From: an uncultured Gammaproteobacteria bacterium
GTDB lineage: Bacteria > Patescibacteriota > Microgenomatia > UBA8517
Assembly: GCA_964541395.1 (NCBI GenBank)
Contig: CAZIPM010000001.1
Span: forward strand, 3,833-67,832
DNA length: 64,000 nucleotides
Reading direction: 5' to 3'
A program made the translations under genes and the position numbers. The notes under the pieces were generated by a model that was given only the letters and a program-made list of their open reading frames with translations, was not told the DNA's origin and made no database searches. This document shows positions 9,029-17,445 of the stretch, one piece after another. How positions within the stretch are numbered: position 1 is the stretch's first letter; every line of letters starts with the position of its first letter.

Positions 9029-9637
9029 TTAAAGTGTGTTTGTACCTCCTGTAACGTCAAGAGTAGACGTGCTATCTGCACTATCGGTTGTTATACCGAC
9101 ATTTCCGCCACCGGTATTGTCTTTAACTTTATTTCTTCCAGTCCTAGATTTTGCTTTAACTTTAGCAAAAACTCCAGTAAAAGATTCCTGCTCAATAGTT
9201 GAGCTGGATGATTTATTAACCGTTACCTTATTGGTGGATTTTTTTGCGTTACCAGAAATATCAACAGTGCTTCCGTTTGGTTCACTGTTTGGTTGGCAGC
9301 AACATGGATTTGACATGTTATTGCTTCCGCCAGTAACTGTCAGAGATGCATTCGATGTGGCACTTCCAGTATCGATTGTTTTATCTCCTGCTCCTGTATT
9401 TCCAGATACTATATTTCCACCAGTTGATGATGTTGCAGATACGCTGGCTAGAACCAATGTATTTGTTTCTTGCTCAACTGTACAATCGCTAGTGTTATTG
9501 TAAATAATAGTGTTTGTTGATTTTTTAGCGTTACCTGTGATTGTCAGATTCTCGGCAAATACTGATGGAGCAAACGATCCAAATAATATCGCAGCTGTTG
9601 ATACCGCAACAGAAACTTTATATGCTAGTTTATTCAT
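9029..9637 (-). CDS. Secreted NTGG-repeat protein (2 repeats), basic paralog
   Basis: Signal peptide similar to that of ORF 3564, two GNAKKSTN...TG.N...NTG repeats, PCCC linker, SD GAAAGGAGGTGA. Confidence 0.8.
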   Translation of the reverse strand: MNKLAYKVSVAVSTAAILFGSFAPSVFAENLTITGNAKKSTNTIIYNNTSDCTVEQETNTLVLASVSATSSTGGNIVSGNTGAGDKTIDTGSATSNASLTVTGGSNNMSNPCCCQPNSEPNGSTVDISGNAKKSTNKVTVNKSSSSTIEQESFTGVFAKVKAKSRTGRNKVKDNTGGGNVGITTDSADSTSTLDVTGGTNTL

Positions 9638-9754
9638 TTAATTATCACCTCCTTTCTAATTTAAAATAAATTATTGATTTAGATTCATGAAAATGGAGAT
9701 TTAATCGAATGAAGTTATGAAATGATCTTAAACTAATTGTATTACTCATATAAT

Positions 9755-9773
9755 GCCTCCGGTGGCGGTCAGC
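9755..9773 (-). promoter_or_regulatory. Second copy of the leader motif, GCTGACCGCCACCGGAGGC
   Basis: 17/19 identical to 3410-3428, with both differences in the 4-nt loop. TTGACA at 9818-9813 lies upstream. Confidence 0.7.
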
Positions 9774-9942
9774 AAAATGTATCCAATAGTTTATCAAGTT
9801 ATTACACTATAGTGTCAACTGTATCTTTCACAATATTTTTAGTAACTAAATGTGTCAATAATATAAAAGCTAGGTTATCAAAAAAAGTAAGATAAATAGG
9901 TAATGATTGTAAATCACATTGTAAAATAATATGATGATATAA

Positions 9943-10932
9943 ATGATAATGATTCAGCAACTTTTACATTTATTATTGCCTCGGGAAAGTAATAATCATA
10001 AGGCAAAACTTCTGCATACAAGTAGTTTTCTAATAATTTCAGTACTATTGGTTATCAGTCAGGCAGTTTTATCAATTCTACCGAAACTTGGACCGTCAAT
10101 TTTGGGCTACACCGCCAATATATCACCGGAGGAAGTTGTACGCCTAACCAATGAGAAAAGGATTGCTGCAGGGCTTTCTACCCTTACATATAATAGTACT
10201 CTTGCAGGAGCAGCTTACAGCAAAGGGATGGATATGATAAACAGGGATTATTGGGCACATGTTGCTCCGGACGGAACACAGCCCTGGAAGTTTTTTTCTG
10301 ATTTCGGTTATAGGTACCGGTATGCCGGGGAAAACTTAGCCCGTGATTTTACCAATGCGCCAGCGGCTGTTGATGCCTGGATGAATTCACCGACACATAG
10401 GGACAATATATTGAATTCCAAGTATAAAGAAATTGGAATAGGTGTGGTTGAGGGAGATTTGGCAGGTGTTGATACCACGATAATAGTACAATTCTTCGGT
10501 TCCACCTATCAGGATAAGATAATCCAGCCTGTTGCCCAGGCTGAAAATACCGAAAATTCGCCTACTCTAAAACCTGTTGTAAGTTCGGAGCCTATTCTTC
10601 AGGTAACTCCAGTTGCAACTTTGACTCCACTTGTAGTTGTATCCCCAAGTCCATTTGCTGCACCGACAACTTTTACTCAAGTCTTGCAGGCAGATAAATC
10701 AGACACAGGGGGATTTGGCAAAGAACAGAAAGTGTTGATATCACCATTTACTACCACAAAAACAATATCTCTGGCAGTAGTCGGTCTTCTGGTGGTGGTA
10801 TTTTTGATTGACGGAGTATTAGTCAGCAGGCGAAAGATAGCCAGGATAGGGGGCAGGACGGTAGCCCACCTTGCATTTTTTGGGATGATTCTAACTATAG
10901 TACTTATTTTAAAGTCAGGAAAAATACTTTAA
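9943..10932 (+). CDS. CAP/SCP-domain membrane protein
   Basis: VVRLTNEKR, YWAHVAPDG, AGENLA, WMNSPTHRDNIL, P/T-rich linker, TM helices. Confidence 0.9.
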   Translation: MIMIQQLLHLLLPRESNNHKAKLLHTSSFLIISVLLVISQAVLSILPKLGPSILGYTANISPEEVVRLTNEKRIAAGLSTLTYNSTLAGAAYSKGMDMINRDYWAHVAPDGTQPWKFFSDFGYRYRYAGENLARDFTNAPAAVDAWMNSPTHRDNILNSKYKEIGIGVVEGDLAGVDTTIIVQFFGSTYQDKIIQPVAQAENTENSPTLKPVVSSEPILQVTPVATLTPLVVVSPSPFAAPTTFTQVLQADKSDTGGFGKEQKVLISPFTTTKTISLAVVGLLVVVFLIDGVLVSRRKIARIGGRTVAHLAFFGMILTIVLILKSGKIL

Positions 10933-10952
10933 AAAAATAAAGGATTAACAAT

Positions 10953-11216
10953 ATGAAAAAAATAGCTAAACACTTACCGCACTATATTAGCCTGATAGGT
11001 ATCTTGGTAGCCTCAATTTTTGCCTTTATACTTTTTTCATATGACCAAGTTTTTTTACTGGGAATTGCAGTTGCCACTTCAACTTCTTATTTTTCTTGGG
11101 GAATAATTCACCATTTACTGCATGGAGATTTAAATTTTAGTGTGGTTTTAGAATATATGGCGATTTCGGTTCTCGGAGCTGTCCTTCTGATTTCATTGCT
11201 TTTTAGAGCTGTATAA
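10953..11216 (+). CDS. Small 3-TM membrane protein
   Basis: Hydrophobic 87 aa with WGIIHH motif. Confidence 0.7.
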   Translation: MKKIAKHLPHYISLIGILVASIFAFILFSYDQVFLLGIAVATSTSYFSWGIIHHLLHGDLNFSVVLEYMAISVLGAVLLISLLFRAV

Positions 11217-11275
11217 GGGTATAATTTCAGGTGCTTTGGGATTAGTATAGTCGAAAGACAAAGTATTTAATTATT

Positions 11276-12169
11276 ATGAAAAAAGTCAGAAAGGCAGTCA
11301 TACCAGCAGCTGGTTTTGGTACGCGCTTTTTACCCCAGACCAAGGCTATGCCCAAAGAAATGCTCCCCATTGTCGATAAACCGGTTATTCAATATGTGGT
11401 TGAAGAATTGGTAGATGCAGGTATAAAAGATATTTTTATAGTCACCGGTTACCACAAAAGGGGAATTGAGGACCATTTCGACGCTCCAAACCTGGATCTG
11501 ATTGAAAATCTTAGAATGGGTGGTGAGAAGAAAAAACACTTATTGGAGGAAGTTGAAAAGATCTCCAATATGGCCAACTTTGTCTATGTCAGACAAAAAG
11601 GACCGTATGGAAACGGAACTCCTCTTTTAAATGTTAAGCATCTCATAGGTGACGAACCCTTTATTTATACCTGGAGCGATGATTTTATTGTGTCTGAGCC
11701 AAATAGGTTTAAGCAATTAATAGCTGCATATGAAAAATACGGTGTCAGTTGTCTGGCAGGGTTAAGAGTCAAAAATGATGAAGACTATAGCCGTTATGGT
11801 TTTGCCGGTGGAGAGGAAATTGAACCGGGAATCATTGATTCGAAAGTGATTATAGAGAAACCAGGTAAAGAAAATGCACCATCAGACTTAGCTACAGTAT
11901 CCGGTTATTTATTTACTCCGGATATTTTTAATTATTTGGATGAAGTTTTGAAAAATCTGCAGGAAGGGGATGAGTTTTACTACAATGATGCCCTTAAGCT
12001 GATGCTGAAGGATCACAAGAAAGTTTTGGCTGTGGAGATAAAAGACGGAAAATACTACGATACAGGCAATAAAATGGAATATCTTAAAACAGTAGTCGAA
12101 TTTGCCTTAAAACATAAAAGTTTAAACGGAGAGTTTAAAAAATATTTGGCTTCACTTGATCTGTCATAA
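11276..12169 (+). CDS. galU: UTP--glucose-1-phosphate uridylyltransferase
   Basis: KAVIPAAGFGTRFLPQTKAMPKEMLPIVDKP, IEKP, YDTGNK. Confidence 0.9.
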   Translation: MKKVRKAVIPAAGFGTRFLPQTKAMPKEMLPIVDKPVIQYVVEELVDAGIKDIFIVTGYHKRGIEDHFDAPNLDLIENLRMGGEKKKHLLEEVEKISNMANFVYVRQKGPYGNGTPLLNVKHLIGDEPFIYTWSDDFIVSEPNRFKQLIAAYEKYGVSCLAGLRVKNDEDYSRYGFAGGEEIEPGIIDSKVIIEKPGKENAPSDLATVSGYLFTPDIFNYLDEVLKNLQEGDEFYYNDALKLMLKDHKKVLAVEIKDGKYYDTGNKMEYLKTVVEFALKHKSLNGEFKKYLASLDLS

Positions 12170-12237
12170 TATTATATTAATCCAGTCCTTCTGTTGCCGA
12201 TAAATACATTTAACCTGTATAATACAAAGCGCTTACT

Positions 12238-15219
12238 ATGAAAGTACTCATTACCGGTGGAGCAGGATTTATAGGGTCAAACTTCATTTACTATTGGTTA
12301 AAAAACCACCCCAAAGATAAAATACGAGTTTTAGATGCTTTGACGTTTGCCGGTAATAAAGATAATTTAAAACCTGTTCTTAAAAAATTAGAATTTATTG
12401 AAGGAGATATAACCAATAGGGATCAGGTAAAATCTGCAATGAAAGGTATTGATACTGTTGTCCATTTTGCCGCAGAAAGCCATGTGGACAGATCAATTTT
12501 TGAACCCGGCAAGTTTTGGAAGACCAATGTAGAAGGTACAAGAATTTTACTCGAAGAAGCTCATTATGCAAAAATACCAAGATTCCATCATGTGTCCTGC
12601 TATGACACGCAAACCAGGGCATTTACAAAAGAAGGTCTCAAAACTTATGATCAGATGAAAATTGGAGATTTGGTATTAAGCATTAATCTAAAGACTCAAG
12701 ATGTTGAATGGAAACCGGTTGAAAAGGTCATCATTCAGGACTACAAAGGAAAAATGATTCGGATGAAAAGTAAAGTTGTTGACTTTTTTGTGACTCCAAA
12801 TCACAGGATGCTTGTTCAGGCAAAAAGAAGCAGGGATTTATCTTTTAAGGATGCAAATTTTGTAAAAGATCAGGCTAGGAATTTCCTTCCTTATTACTAC
12901 CAGTGGAAAGGCAAATCTTCCAAAATTATTAAACAATTCGGTACTTGCCAAAAAGAATTTATGTATCTGCTGGGAATTTTTATCGGTGACGGATTTACTG
13001 CATATCAGGAAAAAAAACAAATCAACAAAACAGGATTGTCAAAACAGATGTATTGTCAGTTAGCCAGAGACAGTATGGGTAGGTTTATGCAAGTCTGTCA
13101 GATTGGGGATCAAAAATATACGATATCAAAATCATGGAGGATATTTTTGGATATTCCTGAAAAGGATGAGTGTAGAACCATGTGTGAATCCGCACTAACA
13201 AGACTAGGTATAAATTGGCATGCCCACAAAGGTAAGGCGGGAACTCATTTGTATATGACCTCAAAAAAGTTATTTGATATTTTTTCTGATTGTGGGAAAT
13301 ATGCAAAAAATAAACAAATTCCCGATTGGGCAGTGGATGCGCCACTGGAACTGTTGATGAATTTATGGAATGGATTGATGGATTCGGACGGAAGCAATCA
13401 TCGGGTGTTTTTTACCATTTCGCCTAAACTAGCCTATCAGTTTATGGAGCTAAGCGTAAAACTTGGTTACACTCCCACATTGAGTAAGCGATACACAAAA
13501 TCAATTTATGAAGGTCGAAATATTGAAGGTTGGTCATATGTCATATCGGTCGGATCAAGGCAAAGGATTTTAAGGAAAGAAATTTCTGAGGAAGTTGATT
13601 ACGATGGGAAGATTTGGTGTCTTAAAGTCAAAAACAACAAAAATTTCTTAATTGAAAGAAATGGAAGAACCGCTTTCTGTGGAAATACCGATGAGGTTTA
13701 TGGTGAACTGCCTTTGGATTCTAACGAACGCTTTAGTGAAAAAACTCCATATGCTCCCAGACCAGACAATTTGTATGCAATCAGTAAAGCTGAAGCAGAT
13801 AGGGTGGTTAGGGAGTTCTACAAAAGTACGGGAATGTATTTGACCATTTCTAACTGCTCCAATAATTATGGTCCATTTCAATTTCCTGAAAAATTTGTAC
13901 CCATTCTGGTTACCAACTTGATCGACGGACTTAAAGCTCCCGTTCACGGAGATGGGAAAAATGTCAGAGATTGGATACACACGGATGATCACGCAAAGGC
14001 TGTTGATTTAATTTTGGAAAAAGGAAAAGCTGGTGAAACTTACTTGGTTGGGAGTAATGTAGATGTTGCCAATATATACATTGCAAAACATATAGTAAAT
14101 CTGTATGGCAAAGATGAAAGCTGGATCCGTTATGTCCCTGACAGACACAGTAATGACAGAAGGTATGCAATCGATTCAAGAAAAATAATTCAGGAACTTG
14201 GTTGGAAGCCGGCTATAACCCGAGACAATTTTGATGATGGTTTAATGGATACTATCTCCTGGTATAAAAAGAATAAAGATTGGTGGAAGCCGCTTCTTTC
14301 CAGACAAACAGTAGTAGTTGACGGTGACAGTAAAATTTATGCATTTATAGAAATTGATAGGGAGTTAGGTAAAACCAAATTTAATTATGGTGAACCTGAA
14401 GAACACAACAAAGTTTCTAAACTTGCCGAAAAGATGATGGAGGAAGATCCCAGGAAAATATCTCTAATTAAAAAGAAAATCAAAAGTCACTATTGGTTTA
14501 AAAATTCTAAACCTGCTATACAAGACTCACTATTGGAACTTATTAAAATATCCAGAACATCAGGGTTTATTGAAGATCTGGCCAACAGACCGGAGGTTGT
14601 TGGTGGGTACACACAAAATAAAGTAGTTAAATTTGAACATTCACCAGACAAAAAACAAATCTATGGTGTAGCTATCTGGTTTGAAGTTGAAAACACTAAA
14701 GGTGAGAAACACATAGAAGGCTTTTATTCATGGGCTATGGGGGTTAAATCGGGAGCCAAAATGTTGGTTTTAATCCGTTACAAAAACGAAATAACCCATT
14801 TAGCCCTGACTAAGGAACAAAAATTTGCAATAGGTTCAGAAATCTACAATATGCCGGGAGGATTTCCAAAAATAAATGAAAGTGTTTTTGATTTGATACA
14901 CAGAAAACTTGAAGATGATTTGGGAGTGGATGTTAAAGACGGACATATTAAAGTCGGTGATATCATAGGTTTGGGTAGGATCATGCCTGATCCAGGTATG
15001 ACCAATAACCATCCATTTCTTTATGCCATAGTTTTAGATCTGACTGAAAACATCTTTCCCCCAATTAGAATCGGAGAGGTCTATGAAACAGGGGGAAAAT
15101 TGGTACTATGGCCTATTGAGAGATTATCTGAGCTGGTAAATAAAGTAGACGACTCATATTTCCTATCCTCACTTACAAGACTAATGCTTTCAGGGGTTAC
15201 TAGTCTAAAGTTAAATTAA
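12238..15219 (+). CDS. rfbB: dTDP-glucose 4,6-dehydratase with intein and C-terminal Nudix-like extension
   Basis: TGGAGFIGSN, HFAAESHVDRSI, HVS/TDEVYG split by intein, YAISK, CSNNYGPFQFPEK, NVRDWIH, DRRYAID. Confidence 0.9.
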   Translation: MKVLITGGAGFIGSNFIYYWLKNHPKDKIRVLDALTFAGNKDNLKPVLKKLEFIEGDITNRDQVKSAMKGIDTVVHFAAESHVDRSIFEPGKFWKTNVEGTRILLEEAHYAKIPRFHHVSCYDTQTRAFTKEGLKTYDQMKIGDLVLSINLKTQDVEWKPVEKVIIQDYKGKMIRMKSKVVDFFVTPNHRMLVQAKRSRDLSFKDANFVKDQARNFLPYYYQWKGKSSKIIKQFGTCQKEFMYLLGIFIGDGFTAYQEKKQINKTGLSKQMYCQLARDSMGRFMQVCQIGDQKYTISKSWRIFLDIPEKDECRTMCESALTRLGINWHAHKGKAGTHLYMTSKKLFDIFSDCGKYAKNKQIPDWAVDAPLELLMNLWNGLMDSDGSNHRVFFTISPKLAYQFMELSVKLGYTPTLSKRYTKSIYEGRNIEGWSYVISVGSRQRILRKEISEEVDYDGKIWCLKVKNNKNFLIERNGRTAFCGNTDEVYGELPLDSNERFSEKTPYAPRPDNLYAISKAEADRVVREFYKSTGMYLTISNCSNNYGPFQFPEKFVPILVTNLIDGLKAPVHGDGKNVRDWIHTDDHAKAVDLILEKGKAGETYLVGSNVDVANIYIAKHIVNLYGKDESWIRYVPDRHSNDRRYAIDSRKIIQELGWKPAITRDNFDDGLMDTISWYKKNKDWWKPLLSRQTVVVDGDSKIYAFIEIDRELGKTKFNYGEPEEHNKVSKLAEKMMEEDPRKISLIKKKIKSHYWFKNSKPAIQDSLLELIKISRTSGFIEDLANRPEVVGGYTQNKVVKFEHSPDKKQIYGVAIWFEVENTKGEKHIEGFYSWAMGVKSGAKMLVLIRYKNEITHLALTKEQKFAIGSEIYNMPGGFPKINESVFDLIHRKLEDDLGVDVKDGHIKVGDIIGLGRIMPDPGMTNNHPFLYAIVLDLTENIFPPIRIGEVYETGGKLVLWPIERLSELVNKVDDSYFLSSLTRLMLSGVTSLKLN
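12598..13686 (+). mobile_element. Intein (363 aa, C121-N483) with LAGLIDADG homing endonuclease
   Basis: Starts CYDTQT, block B VTPNHRM, YLLGIFIGDG and NGLMDSDG motifs, ends YDGKIWCLKV...NFLIERNG...CGN with +1 Thr. Confidence 0.92.
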
Positions 15220-15226
15220 TATATTT

Positions 15227-15553
15227 ATGGACGTTATAAAATTAGATGGTGAAAATGGAGAAAGAAGGCCTTGGAATGGTAATGTAGTCGTAGAGCTTTC
15301 TAAGATTATCTCAGACCTACGATCCAAAAACGTACCCACTAAAAAGATAGTCAAAGAATTAAATAAAGAAGATAAATGGCACCCTCAAGATGTAATGGTG
15401 GCATTTGCAAGCAATGGTATTCGTTCAATTGTAGAGCGGGATGGAGAGGAAGTTTTTTTCCATATAGATACTGTTGGCGGAGGGAATGTTAATGGTCCAC
15501 GCGAAGAGTTGTTAAAATTACCTTCAATCAAGTGGGAAACCTTCAAAGACTAG
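15227..15553 (+). CDS. Hypothetical protein
   Basis: 108-aa ORF directly after rfbB, no recognisable motif. Confidence 0.6.
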   Translation: MDVIKLDGENGERRPWNGNVVVELSKIISDLRSKNVPTKKIVKELNKEDKWHPQDVMVAFASNGIRSIVERDGEEVFFHIDTVGGGNVNGPREELLKLPSIKWETFKD

Positions 15554-15567
15554 ATACCCTGTAGTAA

Positions 15568-15596
15568 TTGTTTGTTTAGCTTCAATTTGATATAAT
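15568..15596 (+). promoter_or_regulatory. Sigma70 promoter of the high-GC gene
   Basis: TTGTTT-17 nt-TATAAT, followed by a ~105-nt leader and SD GAAAGGA. Confidence 0.6.
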
Positions 15597-15708
15597 ACAC
15601 CCAGGTTTGAAGTACTTTGAAAACCTAAAGAAAGAGGCATAAGGCGGTAGGATTGGACACCCTATTTGCGAACAGCCTAATATAGTCATCAGCTTTGAAA
15701 GGAAAAAA

Positions 15709-17088
15709 ATGAACATCCAAAGCATGAATGAACTACCAGAAAGCGTGTTAAAACGCCTTCCTCGGAGTGCAACATTTCCGATCAAGGGCAGTCAGCAGGC
15801 GCTGGTAGGCAGAATCGACTGGGCGAAACAGGTGATAACCCGCGCAGTCGTTACGACCGAATGGCAAAAGTCGGCCACATTCGAGGGACGAGTTCCCGAA
15901 GAGTTTATGGCCAGTTTGCCGAAAGATTTCACCTTCTCGGTAGATTCTCCCGAGGATCACTGGCAAATTCATCTGACGGGTCTGAACCCCAGAACTTTTG
16001 AGGTTGAAGATCTTAAGGTGATCCGCGATGATGCAAAGTTTTGGTACTACATCATGGCGGCAGAGAATCAAATGGCGGTGCAGGAATATGAGCTTGTTTT
16101 CGCGCGCGTGTGGGGCTATCTTGCTCCCATTTTGCGCATCCGCGAAGGCTCTGCACAGCCGATGACTGGTCGAAGGTTAATTACCGTTGAAACAGCAGGA
16201 CCGGGTGGATACATTGGTGCTGTAGTGCCGAGCCTCCAACTGACTGATCAGTGGAGACTGCTGGTGCAAAAAGCAAACAATGTCTCTCCAGACCTGACAG
16301 CAATCCCAACGATGCGGTCAGTGCGCTTCTCCGTCCAAAATCCGGACAGACCTCAACCTAGGGAAAAAGCCATGGGCTTCTCCTTGTATGAGGTGGATTT
16401 GTTCCCCGAGCTAATCGCTTCGGGAGCAGCGGAGGAAAAAGGCAGAGTAAAGAATAACTTCTATTGGTGCTTGCCGGATTTTGAAGCACCGGAAGGACAG
16501 TCTTTCATGCCTCTGGGAGACTACCTTCGATACTCAGACGGCCCAGGAATGGCAGCGCTTTATCAGGCCATTGTTTTCCTGTTTCGTGCAATCGTGGGTG
16601 GTGAGCTCCCCGGCCAGCGTGATGAGGTAGCAAATTTCCCAGTTGACCCGAAAGAGTCATATGGGACGCCGATTCGCGTTGGTATTATTCGTCACAGAAA
16701 AGTGACCTTCGTGGTTTGCAAGACCAAAAACCAAGGTCGCTTCCGGCGGAGTGGCGAAACACTAGCAGCATCACAAGTTGCATGTGAGTTTGATCCGTCA
16801 ACACTTCCTGTCCCACCCAGGAAGGTTCACAAGTTTTGGGCAATCAACCCAAATAACCAGCGTCACACTGGTACAAACACCGCCGCAGGTCTCTATCCTG
16901 TGGAGGTCTATGAGTACCATAGCTGGGAAGTGGACAAAGGGGAACTGGAAATGGTGAACTTGTGCGATTTCGCACGATCTGGCGATGCCAGAGCACAAGC
17001 AGCACTACTTCAGTGGATCTGGTGGGTGTATCCAGGATTTGCAACTTTGAATCCGGATACTGACAGTATTCCTTCGTCCGAGGAATAG
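15709..17088 (+). CDS. High-GC orphan protein, possibly two divergent Nudix-fold domains
   Basis: 459-aa ORF with SD, GC about 45-57% on sampled lines. Two segments end similarly (LGDYLRYSDGPGMAALYQ / LCDFARSGDARAQAALLQ). Confidence 0.7.
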   Translation: MNIQSMNELPESVLKRLPRSATFPIKGSQQALVGRIDWAKQVITRAVVTTEWQKSATFEGRVPEEFMASLPKDFTFSVDSPEDHWQIHLTGLNPRTFEVEDLKVIRDDAKFWYYIMAAENQMAVQEYELVFARVWGYLAPILRIREGSAQPMTGRRLITVETAGPGGYIGAVVPSLQLTDQWRLLVQKANNVSPDLTAIPTMRSVRFSVQNPDRPQPREKAMGFSLYEVDLFPELIASGAAEEKGRVKNNFYWCLPDFEAPEGQSFMPLGDYLRYSDGPGMAALYQAIVFLFRAIVGGELPGQRDEVANFPVDPKESYGTPIRVGIIRHRKVTFVVCKTKNQGRFRRSGETLAASQVACEFDPSTLPVPPRKVHKFWAINPNNQRHTGTNTAAGLYPVEVYEYHSWEVDKGELEMVNLCDFARSGDARAQAALLQWIWWVYPGFATLNPDTDSIPSSEE

Positions 17089-17114
17089 AAAATACTGTCT
17101 AGTACTTCAGACTT

Positions 17115-17414
17115 AACACTTTGTTCTATACACCCCGAATTTGGGAAATATTATAAACCCTGTTCGGGGTGTATGAAGTGAAGGTAAGTGTTTGCCACAG
17201 TTTCCAATGCGGAAACTGATTGAGGCGAGCGCTAGCCTTTAAATTTGAATCGGGTGCTTATTGTATAGCATTCGAAAGGATAGATGGAATGCTTCCATCT
17301 GGGACTTCCGGGGAAATACCTGGAAACAAACCCAAAACCCTTTCGAAAAAATAAAAACAATAAGTACCCGCCCAAATATATGATTTTAAATCTTGTTGAA
17401 ATCATGTATTTGGG
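17115..17414 (+). ncRNA. Putative multi-stem structured RNA / 3' element
   Basis: Nested stems 17128-39/17163-74, 17198-205/17211-18, 17251-64/17357-70, 17271-79/17339-47, 17282-89/17293-300, 17306-12/17319-25, 17371-89/17396-414. Imperfect positions are G-U on the + strand. Confidence 0.6.
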
Positions 17415-17445
17415 ATGAATATGTTTATGCTATAATCAACTTAAC

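Noticed and set aside
4007-9503. Multiple antisense ORFs over the repeat proteins (e.g. 4861-5211, 9036-9503)
   Set aside because: Shadow frames caused by low-complexity codon usage on the coding strand
15709-17414. TnpB/IscB with omega-RNA, retron or group II intron
   Set aside because: The protein shows no RuvC, Zn-finger, HNH or YADD reverse-transcriptase motifs
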